A DNA stretch of 64,000 nucleotides from assembly GCA_001873435.1 (NCBI GenBank), contig MNZB01000004.1, positions 14,030 to 78,029 on the forward strand, written 5' to 3'. The stretch's first letter is position 1. Each line of letters opens with the position of its first letter. This stretch comes from Candidatus Pacebacteria bacterium CG2_30_36_39 (GTDB lineage: Bacteria > Patescibacteriota > Microgenomatia > UBA1400 > PJMF01). Below, piece after piece: positions 58,437 to 64,000 of this stretch. The position numbers were made by a program, and so were the translations under genes. The notes under the pieces were generated by a model. It searched no databases and was not told the DNA's origin. It saw nothing but the letters and a program-made list of their open reading frames with translations.

Positions 58437-58514
58437 TCAACAATCAGAGATATAATGTAAGTATTAACAATAATCATAGCTTTTTTTGATATAGCTTGAT
58501 ATAATATAGGACAT

Positions 58515-58952
58515 ATGAACATTGAAAGTTCCTCAAAAACCTGGGCTGTAATTTTTGCAGTCTTAGTATTAGGTATCGTCGGTTATTTTGGCTACAAATT
58601 CTATTTTCCTCGCGAAGAAGAAATTGTATTTGAAAAAACCACAGAACCAACCCCTACCCCAGCTCCATTCCGTTGGGATAAATATCTTGGTGGCGATGAA
58701 GCAACAAAGAGTGGTGAAGTAGAAATTACCACCAAAGGTGGCGTAGCTGAAAAAGGTGCTTCAACAACTAAAGAAGTAAGTGTTACAGAGCCAGCAACCA
58801 CTAAAAAAGAAACTACTGTTACCGTAACTACTTCTACTAGTGAAAATGGTCAAAAGACAACCGAAACCAAGACATACTCTACAACTGATGAAAATTGGTC
58901 AATTGAAGTTAAGGCCGAAGCTCACGCTGAGTCTTCAAGTTCTTCAAACTAA
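58515..58952 (+). CDS. membrane-anchored Thr/Glu/Lys-rich low-complexity protein
   Basis: N-terminal TM helix, then a TTKE/TTE-rich region. 145 aa. Confidence 0.45.
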   Translation: MNIESSSKTWAVIFAVLVLGIVGYFGYKFYFPREEEIVFEKTTEPTPTPAPFRWDKYLGGDEATKSGEVEITTKGGVAEKGASTTKEVSVTEPATTKKETTVTVTTSTSENGQKTTETKTYSTTDENWSIEVKAEAHAESSSSSN

Positions 58953-58960
58953 TTAATTCA

Positions 58961-58992
58961 TAATTACTTTGTTAAATTCAAAAACCGTAAGC
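58961..58992 (+). terminator. intrinsic terminator (AAAACCGTAAGC-TTGC-TTGCGGTTTT plus T-run)
   Basis: Hairpin plus TTTTTTG right after 58515..58952. Confidence 0.5.
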
Positions 58993-59035
58993 TTGCTTGC
59001 GGTTTTTTGTTTCACAAACCTGTTACACTGATTAC

Positions 59036-59509
59036 ATGTTAAAAATAGATCAAATTGCTCCATTAGATGTTAAAGTCCTCAATCAATCTGGAGAAACGAC
59101 TTCATTGCGCTCGCTTTTAGGCAAATATATTGTGTTGTATTTTTATCCAAAAGATAATACTCCGGGATGTACTGTTGAAGCCTGTGGTTTTCGCGATGTC
59201 AATCAAGAAATTACAAAGATGGGAGCTACTGTGATAGGTATCAGCAATGACTCAGAAGATACTCATAATAAGTTTTCTGAAAAACACCAGCTGAACTTCC
59301 CATTATGGTCTGATCAAGAACATACTTTACTGGAAGCTTTTGGTGCTTGGGGAGAAAAAAATCGCTTTGGCAAGCTATACATGGGTATTATTCGCTCAAC
59401 ATTTATTATTGATCCAAGTGGAAAAATAATTAAGACTTGGGAAAAAGTTAAGCCAGAAAACCATCCAGAAGAAGTTTTAACATTCTTAAAAGAATATTTA
59501 AAAAAATAG
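59036..59509 (+). CDS. bcp: thiol peroxidase Bcp (peroxiredoxin, AhpC/TSA family)
   Basis: YFYPKDNTPGCTVEACGFRD (peroxidatic Cys in the TPGCT context plus a resolving Cys 5 aa later, Bcp-type). Start taken at MLKIDQ; the track start is an upstream Met. Confidence 0.85.
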   Translation: MLKIDQIAPLDVKVLNQSGETTSLRSLLGKYIVLYFYPKDNTPGCTVEACGFRDVNQEITKMGATVIGISNDSEDTHNKFSEKHQLNFPLWSDQEHTLLEAFGAWGEKNRFGKLYMGIIRSTFIIDPSGKIIKTWEKVKPENHPEEVLTFLKEYLKK

Positions 59510-59513
59510 AAAA

Positions 59514-60158
59514 TTATTCTAGAGGAAATTTTTCCTGTATCCATTTAGCAATTTTTTCAAAAGAACTCAATGGTGGTTTTTGTTGCAATAAAACCTCAGA
59601 TAGAATCTCAGATACAACCTCTTTTTTGTCTTTTGGCAAAACTAAGATTAGTCTGCCTGGGAAACGAATGGTCTCTATCATCAATAAAGTTGAGTCATGT
59701 TTTGTATCAAACCAAAATCTTCCTAGCTCTTCCCAATAATAAAGATTTCCCTCGACATTAATACCAAATGTAGTAATACGATGAGAAACTTCTGGTGGTG
59801 GAACAACAGCCAAAACATAATTGAGAAAGACTACTGAAAATACCATGGCAATTGGTAGAAATTGACCAGAGAAAAACAAAATTAAAGAAATTAATAAGGC
59901 TATAACTAAAACAGTAGTAAAAAACTGGCGATTTCTTTTACGAAATGGCCTACTAAGAGCCATCCATTCGTAAATCATTTTTTCAGGTACAGGTTTATAC
60001 ATTCCAGGAGCAATTTTGGACATTTCTGGCTCTGATCCACCAGAAAAACTTGGTTCTTCATTATCAAATTGAGCGTTTGGATCAAAATTCTCTACATCGG
60101 CTGTAGCTGAATTCTTACCACGTAAAAAATCTCGAACAATTCCCTGTGCTTTTTCCAT
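59514..60158 (-). CDS. hypothetical membrane protein
   Basis: 214 aa with two central TM helices. No family recognised. Confidence 0.4.
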   Translation of the reverse strand: MEKAQGIVRDFLRGKNSATADVENFDPNAQFDNEEPSFSGGSEPEMSKIAPGMYKPVPEKMIYEWMALSRPFRKRNRQFFTTVLVIALLISLILFFSGQFLPIAMVFSVVFLNYVLAVVPPPEVSHRITTFGINVEGNLYYWEELGRFWFDTKHDSTLLMIETIRFPGRLILVLPKDKKEVVSEILSEVLLQQKPPLSSFEKIAKWIQEKFPLE

Positions 60159-60233
60159 TGCTATTAATATACACCAATTTGCTGTTGCACTGAAAGTAGC
60201 ACCAGATGGTACAATTACTACCTAACATCTCTA

Positions 60234-60319
60234 GGAAGGGTCGCATAGTGGTTCATTGCACAGGTCTTGAAAACCTGCGGCTCACGCCATCGCGGGTTCG
60301 AATCCCGCCCCTTCCGCCA
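60234..60319 (+). tRNA. tRNA-Ser (anticodon TGA), long variable arm, CCA encoded
   Basis: GGAAGGG-TC-GCA-TAGTGGTTCAT-TGC-A-CAGGT-CTTGAAA-ACCTG-CGGCTCACGCCATC-GCGGG-TTCGAAT-CCCGC-CCCTTCC-G-CCA. Confidence 0.85.
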
Positions 60320-60336
60320 AATAAATAGGATTTTAA

Positions 60337-60797
60337 TGCGCATTTGGAGTATTCATCCCAGTTATTTAGATATCAAAGGCTTGGTCGCGGTTTGGCGAGA
60401 GGGCTTGTTAGCTCTTCATGTTTTATCTGGGAAAACAACTGGTTACACCAAACACCCTCAATTACAAAGATTTAAGGAACACTGTGCTCCAGTAGAAGTA
60501 ATAACTGCTTATTTACACGCCATTGTCGATGAAGCAGAAAAAAGAAATTATAAATTTAATCGTCAAAAACTCCAACCAATTAAGAAAGTAAATAAAATTA
60601 CTGTAACTCGTGATCAATTGGAATATGAAACAAAGCACTTAAAAGAAAAGCTGAAAAATAGAGATCCGCAAAAATTTATTGCATTAGAGCAACAGCTGAT
60701 CTTCTCTGTTCATCCTCTTTTTGAATTAGTAGATGGACCAGTTGCTAGTTGGGAAAAAATTGTTGTATACAAAAAAACAGAAAAAATATTTGAGTAA
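60337..60797 (+). CDS. pyrimidine-dimer DNA glycosylase-like protein (T4 endonuclease V/DenV family), tentative
   Basis: MRIWSIHPSYLDIKGLVAVWREGLLALHVL resembles the N-terminal block of bacterial DenV-like proteins (..HP.YLD..GL.A.WRE.LLA). Start chosen after the tRNA; the track ORF reads through the tRNA. Confidence 0.4.
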
Positions 60798-60842
60798 AAA
60801 TACTTTTTTTGCTTTAATTTTTTGTCATTACTGACAAAAATA

Positions 60843-61838
60843 TCAAATCGCATTAAATAAATAACCCATAAAAATAATGCCAATGATAGTAATGCCAAAG
60901 AAAACTATTAGTAGTTCTTTTTTCATTAATTTAGCTAGCATCAAACCAGAAGGAATCGATAGTGTGGTTGAAGCAGTCATAAAGGCAAGAGCAGTGCCCA
61001 TTGGCACACCTTTATTAATTAAGGCTTCTACCACGGGAATAACACCAATTGAATTAGTGTACAAAGGGGTACCAATTAGGACTGCTATTGGTACCACCCA
61101 CCAAGCTTTACTAGATAAATAATTAGCAACTAATGACTCTGGTACAAAGCCATGAATTAAGGCACCAATTCCAACTCCAAGTAGTACGTAAGGAAAAACT
61201 GTTTTGGTAATTGTCCAAACCTGACCTTGCCATAACTTTACTAGATCTTTAAAAGGGACTTTTGCATTTTCATACTCAGCTTCCACTTGCTTTCTTGATT
61301 TAAGCTTCAAAAATTCAGGTCTAATATATTTTTCCATGTTCATTTTTTGAATCAACATGCCTCCCAACATGGCAATTAGAATTCCTACAACGTTATAAAG
61401 CAAAGTCACTTGCAAACCAAAGATACTGGGAAACAAATACAGCGAAGCTTCATTGATTAGAGGTGAACTAATTAAGAAAGCAAAGGTCACACCTAGCGGA
61501 ATCTTCGCTGAAATGAAGCCTATGAATAGTGGAATGGATGAACAAGAACAAAAAGGAGTAACTACTCCAAGTAGAGCAGCTACTAAATAATCTAAACCAT
61601 AGAGACGACGCTTAGTGAGAATATCTCGCACCTTTTCCATGGGGAAATAATATTCTGTAATCGTCACGACAGTGTTAATCACAAACATCAACAAACCTAT
61701 CTTAATGACGTCATAAATAAAGAAGTTGACACCGTCTCCCAAATAAGTCTGAGCAGTAATTCCTAACCATTGATAAGTAACTAGATCTGTAAATTGTTGA
61801 ATGGGTGTGAAGATACTCATCCTAACAATTTTCTCCAC
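60843..61838 (-). CDS. predicted permease (DUF318/PF03773-type, CSC motif), ars-like cluster
   Basis: TPFCSCSSIPLFIGF motif, about 8 TM helices in two halves. Typical partner of ArsR plus the thioredoxin-like redox-active disulfide protein. Confidence 0.7.
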   Translation of the reverse strand: MEKIVRMSIFTPIQQFTDLVTYQWLGITAQTYLGDGVNFFIYDVIKIGLLMFVINTVVTITEYYFPMEKVRDILTKRRLYGLDYLVAALLGVVTPFCSCSSIPLFIGFISAKIPLGVTFAFLISSPLINEASLYLFPSIFGLQVTLLYNVVGILIAMLGGMLIQKMNMEKYIRPEFLKLKSRKQVEAEYENAKVPFKDLVKLWQGQVWTITKTVFPYVLLGVGIGALIHGFVPESLVANYLSSKAWWVVPIAVLIGTPLYTNSIGVIPVVEALINKGVPMGTALAFMTASTTLSIPSGLMLAKLMKKELLIVFFGITIIGIIFMGYLFNAI

Positions 61839-62157
61839 AACTGCAGATTTTAACTTTCAAAGATTCTTGGTTATATTCACAATCATCTGAGTATTTGCTG
61901 CCTGCTTTTTTAGTTTTGCCACTAATTAAAGATTTAATTTTTTCAACATCACCATTGAAGCCAGTTATTACGATCTGATCATCGATAGCTAAAACAGGAC
62001 TACTCATAGCTCCTAGCTCCACGATTTTAGTAACACCTTCAGGCCCAGATAGATACTCAACCTGTTTTTCTAAATTGAGTTCCTTAGCTGCTTTAAGTAC
62101 TACTTCATGTAATTTTTGACAGGTTGGACAACCAGAACCTAAAACTTGAATTTTCAT
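61822..62157 (-). CDS. thioredoxin-fold redox-active disulfide protein 2-like, with extra Cys-rich C-terminal tail
   Basis: MKIQVLGSGCPTCQKL (CPTC active site). C-terminal CEYNQESLKVKICSCGENC. Overlaps the permease start by 17 nt. Confidence 0.8.
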   Translation of the reverse strand: MKIQVLGSGCPTCQKLHEVVLKAAKELNLEKQVEYLSGPEGVTKIVELGAMSSPVLAIDDQIVITGFNGDVEKIKSLISGKTKKAGSKYSDDCEYNQESLKVKICSCGENC

Positions 62158-62162
62158 AAAAT

Positions 62163-62483
62163 TTATCTTTCTTCTATTATTTGAAATAATGCACGAGTAA
62201 TATATTGGCCTTTTTTTGATAAAGAGTAATAAACTCTTTGACCTCTTTTTTCATCACTAACCACACCGATATCTTTTAAATCTTTTAAGTGATGAGAGAC
62301 TAAACTTTGAGAAAAATCTACGTGCTCCATGATTTCACAAACACAGTGTTCACCCTTTTTCAAAATACACATTAATTTAAGACGAGATTGTTCAGCTACA
62401 ATTTTAAGAATTGAGGCTAAGTTTTCAACCTGTTTACCTTCTTTGGAAGAATTAGAACAGCATTTGTATGAACTCATATTCAT
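62163..62483 (-). CDS. arsR: ArsR/SmtB-family metalloregulator
   Basis: HTH SQSLVSHHLKDLKDIGVV, metal-site ExCVCE (EHCVCEI), 106 aa. Confidence 0.85.
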   Translation of the reverse strand: MNMSSYKCCSNSSKEGKQVENLASILKIVAEQSRLKLMCILKKGEHCVCEIMEHVDFSQSLVSHHLKDLKDIGVVSDEKRGQRVYYSLSKKGQYITRALFQIIEER

Positions 62484-62610
62484 ATATTATGAACTTGAAT
62501 CGATTGCTGTCAATAAATCAAATACAAAAATATATAAACACTTTAAACAAAAACTGAATATGCTAGGTTAATAGAAAAAACTTAGGTCATACAAAAATTT
62601 CAAGAAAACA

Positions 62611-63513
62611 CTAAGTTCCGTGTGGTAAAAATCCTACCAACTTTGCGGTTTCAATCAAACCAATAATTGCCAAAACTACAAAAGCTAAACTTCCCAAAAA
62701 TGAAATAACTGGCTGCTTAACCGCAGCAATAGTTCTCTTTGGTGATAAAAATAAAAAGATATTCAAGAGCATGTGTCCCAAAAAGACTCCAATAGAAAAT
62801 CCAAAGACATTAACTACATTAAAAAGAGGTATATAACCAGCGAAATCATCTAAACCCAAAATGAAAGGTACTGAAAAAGAAAGGAAAAACAAAGCCTTAA
62901 AACCTGTTTTTAAATCATTATCAGCAATAGAAAGACGTGGCACAATTTTATTCAATACCGGAGCTAAAGCACGATTGAAATTTGATAAATATTTTTCAAA
63001 TAATCTCACAAAACCAAATAATGCGAACCTATAATTTCCTTCAGCATCCTTAACATGATCTAAACCTTCTTCTGCTAGACGAAGCAAAACTAAAGATGCA
63101 ATTAAGATCATTGCTGCCATTAAAAATCTTACTTCACGAAATAAATCCCAAAGCAATAAAATGGCAAATGTACCAAGTGCATTACCAAAGGCCGTCCCTA
63201 TCTCGATCATAATCCTATTCTTCCAACCAGGAAATTTAGACATTAGGCGACCGATGAAAATAGCAAAATCAATTGATGTTTTTAAATAGATTGTCATTCC
63301 CACGGCAATATCAGTCCAAGAAAGATGAATTAAAATTTGTTCTCTAGCAATCACGAAACGATTTAATCCAAAAACCTCTAGAAACAATAGGCCAACCATG
63401 ACAAAAAAAACTACCACAGTAAGAATAAGTGGAATAATTTGATCAGGATAAAACGGCTGTTTTTCTTCAGGCATAACAGGGATTAATCTTAAACTTTTTT
63501 GAAAAATAATCAA
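62611..63513 (-). CDS. polytopic integral membrane protein, function unknown
   Basis: 300 aa with about 8 TM helices. No Cys pairs, so not CcdA/DsbD-like. Confidence 0.4.
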   Translation of the reverse strand: MIIFQKSLRLIPVMPEEKQPFYPDQIIPLILTVVVFFVMVGLLFLEVFGLNRFVIAREQILIHLSWTDIAVGMTIYLKTSIDFAIFIGRLMSKFPGWKNRIMIEIGTAFGNALGTFAILLLWDLFREVRFLMAAMILIASLVLLRLAEEGLDHVKDAEGNYRFALFGFVRLFEKYLSNFNRALAPVLNKIVPRLSIADNDLKTGFKALFFLSFSVPFILGLDDFAGYIPLFNVVNVFGFSIGVFLGHMLLNIFLFLSPKRTIAAVKQPVISFLGSLAFVVLAIIGLIETAKLVGFLPHGT

Positions 63514-63561
63514 GGAAAGTAAATATGTCGTGTTAATAAAACTTTAAAAAACTAGGACTTG

Positions 63562-63598
63562 ATGAGGATCTCCTTACAGAGACCCTCATCAAATTGCC
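63562..63598 (-). terminator. intrinsic terminator after the GC-rich lipoprotein gene (TTGATGAGG-N16-CCTCATCAA plus T-run)
   Basis: 9-bp stem; on the minus strand it is followed by gtcctagTTTTTT. Confidence 0.5.
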
Positions 63599-63616
63599 AA
63601 GTCTTATTCTTCGCTC

Positions 63617-63946
63617 CTACTTTTTGTACCAGTTGTTCACCAGGGTGATTTTGTCCACATGATTCACATCAGTGGTGGCAAATTTCTCCGTGCCATAGAA
63701 AAAGTTCGTGGTGCCTTGAACAACCGACACACAAGTGGAATCTCCACCAGTGTTATCGTTTGTACAGGACCACTCGCCATTTCCGAGGTTCGTCAGCGTC
63801 GCCACGGCGGTGCCGTTGGTGAGCTGGATGCTACTGTTGACAGCAACATCAATGGGAGTGGGAGCAATTGGAGTCGCTGGCGCGCAAGCGGCCAACAACA
63901 AGAGAAAGAGCGAAATGACCAGAATGGTCGGGAAAGGGTGCCTCAT
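63617..63946 (-). CDS. small lipoprotein, compositionally atypical (high GC)
   Basis: MRHPFPTILVISLFLLLLAAC lipobox. RBS AGGAG 6 nt upstream. GC-rich codons. Confidence 0.55.
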   Translation of the reverse strand: MRHPFPTILVISLFLLLLAACAPATPIAPTPIDVAVNSSIQLTNGTAVATLTNLGNGEWSCTNDNTGGDSTCVSVVQGTTNFFYGTEKFATTDVNHVDKITLVNNWYKK

Positions 63947-64000
63947 GAGCTACTCCTAAATTTTATTTGGGAAAGTTTTTTGACAACTCGCCCAGCCTAA

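Noticed and set aside
60267-60336. N-terminal extension of the 176-aa ORF reading through the tRNA-Ser
   Set aside because: It overlaps the tRNA gene on the same strand. The conserved DenV-like N-terminus starts at the Met at 60337.
1-64000. Search for CRISPR arrays, rRNA genes, IS/transposase genes and group I/II introns
   Set aside because: No regularly spaced direct repeats, rRNA-like conserved blocks or DDE-transposase motifs were seen. The only mobile-element signature is the serine recombinase module.

Overview
This is a low-GC bacterial chromosomal segment, AT-rich by eye and not computed. Proteins are lysine-, isoleucine- and asparagine-rich, and there is an unusual number of C39-like peptidase paralogs. 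That is compatible with a small-genome Patescibacteria/CPR-like organism using the standard genetic code, but the taxonomy is only an inference. Recognisable housekeeping genes include recA, rny (RNase Y), secG, rpoD, map, an M29 aminopeptidase, metK preceded by a SAM-I-clan riboswitch-like leader, surE, kup, an IMPDH/GMP-reductase-family enzyme, an ABC-F ATPase, an MsbA-like ABC exporter, a Bcp peroxiredoxin, rmlC, an OTCase-family carbamoyltransferase, a GH57 hydrolase, and three tRNAs (Asn-GTT, Pro-GGG, Ser-TGA). Five features stand out. (1) One promoter architecture, TATCCTATA-N3..7-TTGAC(A/T)-N17-TAtAcT, occurs four times, each time in front of a compositionally atypical, higher-GC transcription unit. 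(2) One such promoter drives a 5-gene operon (7786..12816, plus an MFS gene) of large acidic proteins of unknown function. One of them carries a phosphoglycerate-mutase-like domain whose catalytic His is replaced (RHG to RNG). Another fuses a left-handed beta-helix domain to a degenerate class-I methyltransferase fold. (3) At least four higher-GC cassettes encode small lipoproteins or membrane proteins with Escherichia coli-like codon usage, strong ribosome-binding sites and their own terminators (45584..46414, 46892..47320, 58171..58380, 63617..63946). (4) A small integrative element lies next to tRNA-Pro. Its large serine recombinase gene overlaps the tRNA 3' end, and it also carries a TerS-like HTH protein, an Ltp-type superinfection-exclusion lipoprotein and an XRE repressor with an operator-like repeat region. 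(5) A promoter-plus-terminator unit of about 180 nt lies between recA and rny and is a candidate sRNA or attenuated leader. No rRNA or CRISPR array is seen. All calls are from reading the sequence and ORF translations. No database search was run.
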